The notes under the pieces are model-generated. The model was given only the letters and a program-made list of their open reading frames with translations. It did not search any database and was not told the origin of the DNA. The translations under genes and the position numbers were made by a program. From positions 1 to 37,561 of the forward strand of contig JBDKUN010000047.1 of the NCBI GenBank assembly GCA_039679675.1: a stretch of DNA of 37,561 nt. The letters are read 5' to 3'. This stretch comes from Armatimonadota bacterium (lineage in GTDB: Bacteria > Armatimonadota > UBA5829 > DTLH01). This document shows positions 7,105 through 16,555 of the stretch, in pieces. The stretch's first letter is position 1, and every line of letters begins with the position of its first letter.

Positions 7105-9600
7105 TTAGTATCGTTTTTTCTTCTTCTTTGGTTTGACTTTGACCTTATCGGCTTCATCGCTGACCGCATCTTCAACACTGCTTCCGTTGCCGGATACTAC
7201 ATTGACCAGCGGCTTATCAGCGGCTTTTAATGAGACCATCGGCTTGTCCTGAGCAGCCTTTCGCTGGCCGCCGCTCTTCTTGGCAGCAGCTACCTTCTCC
7301 CAGACTACGAGGATCGGCGTCGCGTTGAAGATCGACGAATATGTTCCGATACAAATACCGAACAGCAATGCGATATAGAACCGCTGGATGATTGGTCCGC
7401 CGAATATTACGAGCGAAGCCAGCGTCATCATAACGGTCAAGGATGTATTGATCGACCGGGAAAGTGTCTCAAGAATACTCCTGTTGGCAAGCGCTTCGCC
7501 GTCCTCGCCTTTCAGCCTGTGCCTTACATTCTCTCGTATTCTATCGAACACTACGATCGTGTCGTGGACGGAGAACCCGATGATCGTCAGAAGCGCTGTA
7601 ACGAACAGCGTATCGACTTCCCACCCCCACAACTTACCTCCGAGCGCGAAGAGTCCTATGGTGATGACCACATCGTGGATCAACGCAGCGACGGCGCTTA
7701 TTCCGTACTTAATGCCGTTCGCGAACCCGCCTACCGCAAATCTGAACGAAAGGTATATGATGATCGCGATGGAGGCGAGTATTACCGCCATTGTGGCCTT
7801 TTGCATAAGCTCCGCGCTTACGATCGGCCCGACACTCGATATCTGTGTCCTTCCAGGCTCTACCTTGTCTTTCAAGGTGTTTTGAATAGCGGTGATCTTA
7901 TTTGAATTCTTTTCAGGATCAAGATCGGTCCTGATAAAGGCAGTCCTCTTGTCCGAAATCTGAACATCACTCTTCACGCCAAGTGGGGCCAAGAGTGAAT
8001 TGACATCCGTTACCGTCACCGGCTGCTTGAATGTTGCCTGGATCGACGTTCCGGATCGGAATTCAATACCCTTGTTAAGCCCGTGCATGCCGATAAAGAC
8101 AAGTCCTATTACCAGCAGGATACCACTGAATATGAAGTAGTAATTTCTCTTTCCTACAATGTCCAGGCCGCGCTTACCGTTGGTTCCCTGCTGATGGATC
8201 CAGGATGTGCTGAGTCCGAACAGCGACGGTTTCTGTACCCACGGCAGGCTCACGAGCAGATGAAGGAACGTTCGCGTAACGGTGATTGCAGTAAACATAC
8301 TGACCACAACACCAATTGCCAGCGTAAACGCGAAGCTCTTGACCGACCCGGTTCCGAACCACATCAGAATGAGCGATGTGATAATAGTACACATATTGGA
8401 GTCGAAGATCGCGCTGAAAGCTCTTGCAAAACCTGCGTCGATTGCAGCTCTCAGGGTCTTTCCGCTCCTCAACTCTTCTTTCATACGCTCGAAGATCAGA
8501 ATGTTAGCGTCAACAGCCATACCAATCGACAGGATGAAACCTGCTAGGCCCGGCAGTGTCATTGTGACCTTGAAGGCTGTAAACACTGCAAATGTCAGGA
8601 GCGCGTATATACAAAGAGCGACGTCCGCGAGAAAACCCGGCAGTCTGTAGTAGAGCAACATAAACAGCGCTACGAGGGAAAGTCCGATAAGACCGGCCAT
8701 TAATGCCTGAGAAACGGTCTCGTGTCCCAGCGTAGCTTCTACGGTAGACAGTTCCACGATCTTAAGCGGTACCGGCAGTGCTCCGGCGTTCAGGAAGTTC
8801 GACTGGTTCTGTGCCTCTGTGAGGTTTTTGAACCCGGAAACTTCGGCATCGCCCTGCATAATAGGCTCGTTGATATTTGGAGCGGTCTGCAGGTTATCGC
8901 CCAGGAAGATTGCAAGAATATCGCCTACATGTCTTCTGGTGAAATCACGGAAAACTGCCGTGCCTTCAGGAGTAAAGTGGATTAGCATTACCGGCTTGCC
9001 CTGGCTTATGGCGCCCTTGGACTCAGCTTTAAGCTGATCTCCGGTAAGTACAGGCTTAACCCCATCGGGAACGTACTTTTCAGCTCTTACCACCTGCTTC
9101 ATGATCTGCTCCCGGCCTTCGGGAGTATCACCCTTCAGGACTTCGTTCGTGGCCGAGTTTACGAAGGAGTAGATTTCGTTGCCGTTTTTGTCTTCATCCT
9201 TCATCATCTCCCACTTGCCAGCAGGGTTTTTCTCAGTTTTTACATCGCGAAGCCAGTAGAACTCAAGCCGGTCGGTTGATTTGATCGTATTGAGTGCCTG
9301 ATCCTTGTCCTTATAGCCTGGGAGCTCAACAACGATACGGTTAGTTCCCTGAAGCTGGACTTTCGGCTCGGCAACCCCAAGGGTTCCTTCTACGCGGTTG
9401 GTGATTACTTTTCTGACTGCGGACATCTTATCCGCACGTTCAGTCACTTTGGCCGGCAGGTCTTTATTGTCGGCTTCCAGAACAACCCGGATGCCACCCG
9501 CCAGATCGAGCCCCTGATGCATCGGCAACTTCCAGACTACAACGGCTGCACCGACTACAAGGGCTATGATTAGCAGCAGTAATTTATGGTATCTCGACAC
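7105..9600 (-). CDS. secDF: Protein translocase subunit SecDF (fused SecD-SecF)
   Basis: GLDLAGG, LNAGALP, GMAVDANILIFER, GIEFRSG and GFSVHDTIVVFDRIRE motifs. GTG at 9600 after GGAGG. Confidence 0.97.
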   Translation of the reverse strand: MSRYHKLLLLIIALVVGAAVVVWKLPMHQGLDLAGGIRVVLEADNKDLPAKVTERADKMSAVRKVITNRVEGTLGVAEPKVQLQGTNRIVVELPGYKDKDQALNTIKSTDRLEFYWLRDVKTEKNPAGKWEMMKDEDKNGNEIYSFVNSATNEVLKGDTPEGREQIMKQVVRAEKYVPDGVKPVLTGDQLKAESKGAISQGKPVMLIHFTPEGTAVFRDFTRRHVGDILAIFLGDNLQTAPNINEPIMQGDAEVSGFKNLTEAQNQSNFLNAGALPVPLKIVELSTVEATLGHETVSQALMAGLIGLSLVALFMLLYYRLPGFLADVALCIYALLTFAVFTAFKVTMTLPGLAGFILSIGMAVDANILIFERMKEELRSGKTLRAAIDAGFARAFSAIFDSNMCTIITSLILMWFGTGSVKSFAFTLAIGVVVSMFTAITVTRTFLHLLVSLPWVQKPSLFGLSTSWIHQQGTNGKRGLDIVGKRNYYFIFSGILLVIGLVFIGMHGLNKGIEFRSGTSIQATFKQPVTVTDVNSLLAPLGVKSDVQISDKRTAFIRTDLDPEKNSNKITAIQNTLKDKVEPGRTQISSVGPIVSAELMQKATMAVILASIAIIIYLSFRFAVGGFANGIKYGISAVAALIHDVVITIGLFALGGKLWGWEVDTLFVTALLTIIGFSVHDTIVVFDRIRENVRHRLKGEDGEALANRSILETLSRSINTSLTVMMTLASLVIFGGPIIQRFYIALLFGICIGTYSSIFNATPILVVWEKVAAAKKSGGQRKAAQDKPMVSLKAADKPLVNVVSGNGSSVEDAVSDEADKVKVKPKKKKKRY

Positions 9601-9676
9601 TCTGATCCTCCCAAACGTATGATGGGCTGGTACCACCTTTGGTGTCCAGCCCTAGCGTGAGCATATACCTAGTCTC

Positions 9677-9705
9677 ATTATATGTAAATAGGACTGCGCT
9701 GTCAA
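9677..9705 (-). promoter_or_regulatory. Consensus sigma70 promoter for secDF
   Basis: TTGACA (9705-9700) - 17 nt - TATAAT (9682-9677). A 5' UTR hairpin lies at 9624-9652. Confidence 0.8.
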
Positions 9706-9776
9706 TTGAAGCGCGCATTTCAGACCTCTATTGAACAGATCGAATTCACAGCAGTAAATCTATAAAAACTGCAAAG

Positions 9777-10637
9777 CTAATACCTGTCTATCGATTCTAC
9801 AGTGACCGGGACTGGTAAAGTTCCCGCATTTAGTTGTTCGGCAAAACTTTTAGCTTCCTTTAGGGATGTAAACCCGGAAATCTCGGCATCGCCCCGCATA
9901 ATAGGCTCGTTGATTGTCGGTGCGGTCAATATTCGCCCATCGGAAATGACAGCGAGGACATCGCCGACGTGCTTTCTGGTAAAGTTACGGAAAATTGCTG
10001 TGCCCTCGGGGGTAAAGTGGATTAACATTACCGGTTTACCCCGGCTTATGGATTCCTTGGACTCAGGTTTCAACTGGTCTCCGGTAAGCATCGGCTTAAC
10101 TCCACCGGGAACATACTTTTCGGCCTTTACCACCTGCTTCATGATCTTTTTCCGGCCTTCAGGGGTATCACCATTCAAGATTTCATTTGTGGCGGAGTTT
10201 ACGAAGGAATATATCTCGTTGCCGTCCTTGTCTTCATCTTTCATCATCTCCCATTTTCCGGCAGGGTTCTTGTCTGTTTTCGCATCGCGGATCCAATAGA
10301 AGCCCAATCTGGCGTTTATGGTAAATGCGCGGTTTGCAGTGGCTTTGTCCAGTGCAGTGAGACCCGGCAGGGTGACTACAACGCGGTCTTTGTCGACAAC
10401 TACAGCGGGCTTTTCTCCCGACTGGGACAATCCGGCAGCTCTTTTGGAAATAGTGGAGATAAGCTGTGGTTCAAAATCCGTATTCTTTACGGTCTTTCCC
10501 GCGGGCAGCGCATTGGTCTTTATCCGAAGCACGACGCGAGTACCACCGGTCGTGGTGGCTGATGTCCTTTTCCCGCATCCTGCGGCAATGAGAGCGGGAA
10601 TGACGGCAATCAATAGAAGTTTAGAGCAGCGCAACAT
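9777..10637 (-). CDS. Lipoprotein consisting of a SecD periplasmic P1 domain only
   Basis: ATG at 10637 with GGAGG RBS. Signal peptide with lipobox IAAG-C21. Colinear with SecD P1 (GGTRVVL...LPG...FYW...LNAGTLPVP) and stops before SecD TM2. Confidence 0.88.
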   Translation of the reverse strand: MLRCSKLLLIAVIPALIAAGCGKRTSATTTGGTRVVLRIKTNALPAGKTVKNTDFEPQLISTISKRAAGLSQSGEKPAVVVDKDRVVVTLPGLTALDKATANRAFTINARLGFYWIRDAKTDKNPAGKWEMMKDEDKDGNEIYSFVNSATNEILNGDTPEGRKKIMKQVVKAEKYVPGGVKPMLTGDQLKPESKESISRGKPVMLIHFTPEGTAIFRNFTRKHVGDVLAVISDGRILTAPTINEPIMRGDAEISGFTSLKEAKSFAEQLNAGTLPVPVTVESIDRY

Positions 10638-10707
10638 CTCAATCCTCCAATAGAATGGTTGGTATGGCACTACAACCGCTTGCAGGTGTTTTCGCAAGCG
10701 CTCAAGC

Positions 10708-10736
10708 ATTATGAACCGGATGCAGGAGGATGTCAA
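10708..10736 (-). promoter_or_regulatory. Sigma70 promoter for the SecD-P1 lipoprotein
   Basis: TTGACA (10736-10731) - 17 nt - CATAAT (10713-10708). Confidence 0.7.
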
Positions 10737-11001
10737 ATAGTTTGAAATCCGAAGCGATTTTAAAAACCTGGTATATTTACGGGGTCTAAATGCCGATATA
10801 ATAAATAGTGGTGTGATTTAAATCGTAAAGCGAATCTGTAGTAATACTTGACTGATTTTACCTGTAGTATTACCCTCTGTATGTATCAAACTCTGGACTG
10901 AATGTTTGATAGCCAAGAATAGTGGCAAAAATGATTATATTGCTTGATTTATTACGCAACACCGCGTTATTTCCCATTAATTACTCCGGAGAGTGTACCA
11001 A

Positions 11002-12075
11002 ATGATGTATGCAGTCATCATGGCGGGCGGATCGGGCACAAGGTTGTGGCCCCGCTCCAGAAAGAGCCGCCCCAAGCAGTTCCACAGTCTTACATCCGAG
11101 CGCAGTCTGCTGCAGGAAACCGTAGCGAGACTGGAACCGACTATAGACGCAGAGCACGTTTATGTCATCGCCAATAAATCGCATGTAGCGCCGATCAGAG
11201 AACAGTTGGACTGGGTTCCTGCGGAAAATATTATCGGTGAGCCTGTAGCGAGGAATACAGCTCCGGCAATCGGGATTATGGCAGCAATACTTGCGGAAAA
11301 AGACCCGAATGCCACAATGCTCGTTCTACCGGCAGACCACTATATCGAAAAGGCCGATGATTTCAGGCAGCTTCTGGAGCTTGCCGAGAGCACAGTCTCG
11401 GAAGATGACGTTCTTCTTACCCTGGGGATCAAGCCGACTTACCCTGAGACCGGTTTCGGTTACATCGAGCTGGCAAAAGAGTACAGGGAAGTCGGGGAAG
11501 ATAAGATTTTCTGGGTCAAGAGCTTTAAAGAAAAACCGGACCTCGATACAGCACAGAGATATGTCGCATCCTGGAAGTATGTCTGGAACAGCGGTATGTT
11601 CGTGTGGAAGGTCAGCTCGATACTGGACAGGTTCAAAAAGCATGCGCCGGACATCTACGAAGGAATGGAGCGGTTCCGTGAAGTGCTCGGCACGCCTAAA
11701 GAACAGGAAGAGCTGGCAAAGATCTTCAAGAGTCTTCCCAATATCTCCGTAGACTATGCTATTCTGGAAAAGTCCGAGAAAGTGCTTGTGATTCCGGCGG
11801 ATATTGGCTGGAGTGACATCGGAAGCTGGAAGGCTGTCTATGACCTTCTGAGTTTTGATGGCCAGACCAACGTTGTGAGCGGCAAGCATGTCGGGTTGGA
11901 CACCTATAATTGTCTGATCCAGGGCGGAAACAGACTCATTGCCACAGTCGGACTGGACAATATGATTGTAGTGGATACGGATGACGTGGTTTTGATCATG
12001 CCGAAAGGCCGGTCTCAGGATGTGAAGAAGATCCTGGAAAAGCTTCAAAAGCAGGGCCGGATGGAGTATCTATAG
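11002..12075 (+). CDS. manC: Mannose-1-phosphate guanylyltransferase (monofunctional, no cupin PMI domain)
   Basis: MAGGSGTRLWPRSR, PKQF, EPVARNTAPAI, PADH, FKEKP, WNSGMF and WSDIGSW motifs. Confidence 0.93.
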   Translation: MMYAVIMAGGSGTRLWPRSRKSRPKQFHSLTSERSLLQETVARLEPTIDAEHVYVIANKSHVAPIREQLDWVPAENIIGEPVARNTAPAIGIMAAILAEKDPNATMLVLPADHYIEKADDFRQLLELAESTVSEDDVLLTLGIKPTYPETGFGYIELAKEYREVGEDKIFWVKSFKEKPDLDTAQRYVASWKYVWNSGMFVWKVSSILDRFKKHAPDIYEGMERFREVLGTPKEQEELAKIFKSLPNISVDYAILEKSEKVLVIPADIGWSDIGSWKAVYDLLSFDGQTNVVSGKHVGLDTYNCLIQGGNRLIATVGLDNMIVVDTDDVVLIMPKGRSQDVKKILEKLQKQGRMEYL

Positions 12076-12100
12076 GTTTATAAAAAGCCGTGAATATTAT

Positions 12101-12142
12101 ACGATGAGGCGCGGCGGCAAAACTGCGCCTCATCGTTATTTA
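12101..12142 (+). terminator. Intrinsic terminator after manC
   Basis: Stem ACGATGAGGCGC (12101-12112) / GCGCCTCATCGT (12125-12136) followed by TATTT. Confidence 0.7.
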
Positions 12143-12396
12143 TGCCGTTTTTTGCGTTTATCAAGCTTCTCTTACTTATCCTTCCTTTGCTCTTTCTCTT
12201 AATCTTTCATTATCTCTCGATATTAGCTGGGTTTTTTGGTATAATTACGTCTAACTCACATTGTTCAAGTTTCACATGAATAATGTTCTGTTAAAGAGCT
12301 TTATCCGCTTCGCGAATAAAGTAAATGAGCCGGACAAGTAATCCCCTGTGGGAAGCCCCTTTGGCCTGCGCCGGCTGGGAGTAAATATCGCGAGAA

Positions 12397-13449
12397 ATGG
12401 GAGTTATTTCTAAGGTTTTTGGTAGGTTTACGAGAGCAATAGGCATCGATCTTGGGACGGCGAACACCCTTGTTTATGTCCGGGGACGGGGAATATTGCT
12501 TCGTGAGCCATCGGTTATTGCAATTGAGACGGAAACCCGCAAGGTGCTCGCGGTCGGAGAGGAAGCAAAACGGATGCTCGGCCGGACTCCGGGCAACGTA
12601 ATAGCTATCCGGCCGCTCAAGGACGGAGTCATAGCCGATTTCGATCACACGGAGCAGATGCTCCGTGGATTCATACATAAAGTCCATCGCCGGAACAGTT
12701 TTATCCACCCGCAGGTGGTAGTCGGTATACCTTCAGGCGTAACGGAAGTCGAAAGACGCGCGGTCATAGATGCTGCGAAGAAGGCTGGCGCTCAGGATGC
12801 TTATCTGATGGAGGAACCGATGGCCGCGGCTATCGGCTCAGGGCTTCCGGTCAGTGAGCCTACCGGATCGATGATAGTAGATATTGGCGGCGGGACCACG
12901 GAAGTAGCCGTCATTTCACTGGGTGGAATAGTCACTGCAAAATCCGTAAGGATAGCCGGTGATGAGATAGACGAAGCAATTGTCGCTTACGTCAGGAAAG
13001 TCTATAACCTTCTGATAGGCGACCGCACTGCAGAAGAAGTCAAACTGCAGATAGGTTCGGCTTATGCGCTTGAGGAAGAGTTGGCAATGGAAGTCAGGGG
13101 AAGAGATCTTGTGACTGGGCTTCCGAGAAGCGCCAAACTCTCTTCGGTGGAGATCCGCGAGGCGATCAACGATCCTGTGTTTGCCATCGTGGAAAGCGTG
13201 AAGCTTACGCTGGAGGCAACTCCTCCTGAGCTTTCATCAGATATTATGGACCGTGGTATAGCCCTCGCCGGAGGCGGTGCACTCCTTAGGGGACTGGACA
13301 GGCTTCTTTCGGTGGAAATACAAATGCCGGTGCACATAGCCGCCGATCCATTGAGCGCGGTCGCCATCGGCACAGGCAAGGCGCTTGAGGAGTCCGAAAG
13401 CAATCCGGGACTGAAAAAAGTCCTTATCAGTTCCTCGCGCATGCACTAA
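12397..13449 (+). CDS. mreB: Rod shape-determining protein MreB
   Basis: [31 protein letters not shown] and GGGALLRG motifs. TGGTATAAT at 12237-12245. Confidence 0.98.
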   Translation: MGVISKVFGRFTRAIGIDLGTANTLVYVRGRGILLREPSVIAIETETRKVLAVGEEAKRMLGRTPGNVIAIRPLKDGVIADFDHTEQMLRGFIHKVHRRNSFIHPQVVVGIPSGVTEVERRAVIDAAKKAGAQDAYLMEEPMAAAIGSGLPVSEPTGSMIVDIGGGTTEVAVISLGGIVTAKSVRIAGDEIDEAIVAYVRKVYNLLIGDRTAEEVKLQIGSAYALEEELAMEVRGRDLVTGLPRSAKLSSVEIREAINDPVFAIVESVKLTLEATPPELSSDIMDRGIALAGGGALLRGLDRLLSVEIQMPVHIAADPLSAVAIGTGKALEESESNPGLKKVLISSSRMH

Positions 13450-13469
13450 ACCCTGGAGACGCATAACCG

Positions 13470-14297
13470 ATGCTTCACATCTTTCGGAACGGAAAGATAA
13501 TTATTTTCGTTTTGCTGCTGGTCCTCGCAGTAGTTGTGGGGACCATGCATAACTGTGCGCAAAGCAGAGGATCATCATACTTTCCCGAAGACGCTGTTCG
13601 AGTAGTGATAAAGCCGTTTCAGGTTGCAGTATCGGGAATAGGCGGCTTTTTCTCAGGAATTGCGAAGTCCGTCAGGTCGCATGGCGCGCTCCGTAAGGAG
13701 AATGATACGCTCCGAGATGAAGTGAAGCGGCTGAACATGGAATTAGCAAGCATCCGCGAAGAAGCAGCCGAAGCGCGGAGGCTGCGCGCCGAAATAGGGC
13801 TGAAAGAAGAATCTCCCGAAGAGCTCCTCCCGGTCAGGATCATCTCAAGGGACCCCAGCGAATGGTTTGTCACAGCTACTTTAGACCACGGACGGACAAG
13901 TGGAATACAGCCCGGACAGGCTGTCGTCACTCATCGGGGGCTGATAGGCCAGGTGTTTGAAGTATCTCCAACCAGCGCACAGGTGCGCGCCACTACGGAT
14001 GGAAGTGACGCGCATGGCGGCGTAGGTGCAATGGTCCAGCGCTCTAGAGTTGCCGGAATCTGCCAGGGGCAGGGGGCTGATCTTCTCCAGCTCACTTACC
14101 TTTCCAGGGACGCTGACATCAAAAAGGGCGACATCATAGTTACATCCGGGCAGGGTGAAATCATTCCCAAAGGGCTGCCGATAGGCCGTGTAATAGATGT
14201 GAAGATAGAGAGCGGCGGAAAATCCGCCACAGTGAGGCCGAGTGTCAAACTGAGCCAGACAGAAGAAGCATTTGTTGTCATTCGGAAGGTGGAATAA
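13470..14297 (+). CDS. mreC: Rod shape-determining protein MreC
   Basis: N-terminal TM, coiled coil, GLIGQV, GDIIVTSG and PKGLPIG motifs. Follows mreB. Confidence 0.95.
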   Translation: MLHIFRNGKIIIFVLLLVLAVVVGTMHNCAQSRGSSYFPEDAVRVVIKPFQVAVSGIGGFFSGIAKSVRSHGALRKENDTLRDEVKRLNMELASIREEAAEARRLRAEIGLKEESPEELLPVRIISRDPSEWFVTATLDHGRTSGIQPGQAVVTHRGLIGQVFEVSPTSAQVRATTDGSDAHGGVGAMVQRSRVAGICQGQGADLLQLTYLSRDADIKKGDIIVTSGQGEIIPKGLPIGRVIDVKIESGGKSATVRPSVKLSQTEEAFVVIRKVE

Positions 14298-14792
14298 GTG
14301 CGAAAGTACGTAATCCCCGTGCTTATGCTGATTCTTGCCGGCGCGCTGCAGGGGAACATTCCATCCTGGATGGTAATAAAGGGCGCGAGGCCGGACCTGA
14401 TCCTTGTGGTGCTCATAGCTATAGCGCTCGGGCTCGACCCCGGAGATGGCGCGATTCTGGGCTTTCTAGCCGGGTTGATTCATGGGTCTATCGTAGGTGT
14501 CAGCCTGGGGAGTTTCATTGCAAGCTGCACGATCATCGGGTTTGCAGCCGGGTTTGTGACAATCAGGATGTTTTCCGAAAACCCCATTGTTCCGGTGATT
14601 GTCGCCGGTGTGCTGACCTTTGCAGGAGAGATTATGTTTCTCCTTACCAATCCGGTTGCGGGCTTTTGGTCATCCATTAACATTGTGCTTTTCAAAACGC
14701 TCTACAACAGCCTGTTTACGCTCATACTGTTCTGGATTATCAGGTGGATAAAGGTAAGAAAGAAGATCAGGATGATAACTGACAGGCTGTAG
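14298..14792 (+). CDS. mreD: Rod shape-determining protein MreD
   Basis: Hydrophobic 164 aa, RPDLILV and GFLAGL motifs. Follows mreC. Confidence 0.92.
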   Translation: MRKYVIPVLMLILAGALQGNIPSWMVIKGARPDLILVVLIAIALGLDPGDGAILGFLAGLIHGSIVGVSLGSFIASCTIIGFAAGFVTIRMFSENPIVPVIVAGVLTFAGEIMFLLTNPVAGFWSSINIVLFKTLYNSLFTLILFWIIRWIKVRKKIRMITDRL

Positions 14793-14883
14793 CCGCTTTT
14801 GAATCGCGGAAGACGCGAAAAGAGATTGGTGGAGAGTTTAAAGAATTAGCTAGACCTCGAAACATAAAATCTGGAGAAAGTAA

Positions 14884-15081
14884 ATGTCTTGCGATAAATC
14901 CAAACAGAATGCCGGTAGATGCAATTGCACTTATCCCGGATGCCCGCGAAAGGGCAAATGCTGTGAGTGCCTGAGTTATCACTTGAGCTGCGACCAGCTT
15001 CCGGCCTGCGCCTTCCCGAACGATGTTGAGCGCACCTATGACAGGTCTTTTGCGAAGTTCATAGAGTGTCACGATAAATGA
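14884..15081 (+). CDS. Small Cys-rich protein (DUF6485-like)
   Basis: CNCTYPGCPRKGKCCECLSYH...LPACAF pattern. GGAG RBS. ATGA overlap with nth. Confidence 0.8.
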   Translation: MSCDKSKQNAGRCNCTYPGCPRKGKCCECLSYHLSCDQLPACAFPNDVERTYDRSFAKFIECHDK

Positions 15082-15740
15082 TGGACGAGACCCCCGATCA
15101 AAAAAAGGCGCGGGCAGTTAGGATTATCGAGATATTGAAGTCCACTTACCCGGACGCGCAGGTTACGCTCGACTACACAAATCCATTCGGGCTGCTTGTT
15201 TCGACTATCCTTGCCGCACAGTGCACAGACGAACGTGTAAACCAGGTAACGCCTGCACTTTTCGCGCGTTATCCGTCGCCGGAGGCTTTTGCCGAAGCTG
15301 ATGAGGCGGAACTGCAGGAGATTATCCGCCCAACGGGCTTCTTCAGGCAAAAATCCCGCTCGATCATAGAAGTTGCCCAGGATATAGTCGCAAAATACGG
15401 CGGAAAAGTGCCGGACACGCTCGAAGAGCTGACAACACTTAGAGGGGTGGGGCGGAAGACCGCTAATCTGATCCTTGGTGTGGTATATGGCAAACAGGCG
15501 ATAGTCGTCGATACCCATGTGAAGCGAATATCGGCGCGGCTCGGTCTGACCGAGCATAAAGACCCGACCAAGATCGAGTTCGACCTTATGGATATAGTGC
15601 AGGAGGAGCATTGGACGGAGATCAACCACCTGTTCATAGCCCACGGGCGAGCGATCTGCAAAGCTCCGACGCCGCTATGTGAAATATGCCCTGTTCTTGA
15701 GCTCTGTCCCTATGGCAAAGCGAGGATGGCCGGTGGTTAA
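15078..15740 (+). CDS. nth: Endonuclease III
   Basis: LAAQCTD, HhH motif LRGVGRKTAN, VDTHV, and the 4Fe-4S motif C-x6-C-x2-C-x5-C. Confidence 0.97.
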   Translation: MMDETPDQKKARAVRIIEILKSTYPDAQVTLDYTNPFGLLVSTILAAQCTDERVNQVTPALFARYPSPEAFAEADEAELQEIIRPTGFFRQKSRSIIEVAQDIVAKYGGKVPDTLEELTTLRGVGRKTANLILGVVYGKQAIVVDTHVKRISARLGLTEHKDPTKIEFDLMDIVQEEHWTEINHLFIAHGRAICKAPTPLCEICPVLELCPYGKARMAGG

Positions 15741-16366
15741 AAGATGGACGGATACCAGCTCAGGGTCAGCAGGCAGTTGTCTCTGTCCGGTCCGACATTG
15801 TTTCTGATATAAGCCGCAGTGATCCCAATGCTGCTGCTGAGATTGAACGATAATCCTAAGCTTCCGGCGTTCTCATCTCCTTCTATATAGTCAGCTTGAA
15901 ACATCAGTCTCTCATTCAGCGATCGATCATAACCGAACATGGGGTGGGTAGAACCATTTATTCCTATTAAGCCCGCATGCAGCCGTCCGCATACGAACGG
16001 TATATGTCCGACCGCGTAAGGTTGGGGTTTTATGCCGTTCCCGACATTCTGCACACCTATTGCAGCGGCAGGAAACCCATTCCGCCATGCAACAGCCAGC
16101 TTTACATTCCATGCGCCGAAGGTTTTGCCATCGCTGTAATCGTCATAGCCGATTTCGATGTCTTTGCCCAGTCCCAACTGCATGAGCAGAGCTGATTCTT
16201 TACTGGTAAACATGTGAAATTGCTCGCCAGCCCGTTCGGTCTCAACCGCAGCCGTGCCTTTCTCCAAAACATCGGCTGTAGGCATAAGATTGAGCCCGGA
16301 CGCAGCTCCGAAAACCGGTGCGGTAAGCACAATCAGGGTCAAAACAAATACAACTCTTACTGTCAT
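15737..16366 (-). CDS. Secreted putative outer-membrane beta-barrel protein
   Basis: Signal peptide, PTADVL motif after cleavage, amphipathic beta strands, C-terminal Phe. Confidence 0.65.
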   Translation of the reverse strand: MTVRVVFVLTLIVLTAPVFGAASGLNLMPTADVLEKGTAAVETERAGEQFHMFTSKESALLMQLGLGKDIEIGYDDYSDGKTFGAWNVKLAVAWRNGFPAAAIGVQNVGNGIKPQPYAVGHIPFVCGRLHAGLIGINGSTHPMFGYDRSLNERLMFQADYIEGDENAGSLGLSFNLSSSIGITAAYIRNNVGPDRDNCLLTLSWYPSIF

Positions 16367-16555
16367 TCTGCTCCTAATGGAATCATTTTGATGGATATAT
16401 CTCTATGTATTTTTCCTTATTGAAAGCAGATTTAATATAAACTCAATCGAATATTGATAAGAGCCTTGAGTCAATCTTTTGCCGGCCTAGCTGAAACTCC
16501 TCTTTTTCTGCATGATATAATGCTGTAGCTTACGTATTGCAGGCGAGGTGGAGCG

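Noticed and set aside
9777..10736. SecD pseudogene, split secD or assembly duplication
   Set aside because: The frame is intact, with a distinct lipoprotein signal, its own promoter and RBS, and many scattered substitutions relative to secDF. The TTG start at 10736 is the -35 box, so 10637 is preferred.
12160..12220. Pyrimidine-rich tract upstream of mreB
   Set aside because: It has no repeat unit, structure or ORF, so I cannot assign a function from sequence.
14295..14300. In-frame stop-start junctions (mreC/mreD; TPR/MBL at 1604-1609) as read-through fusions
   Set aside because: Both downstream genes are complete standard proteins with their own start codons, which is ordinary tight operon packing.
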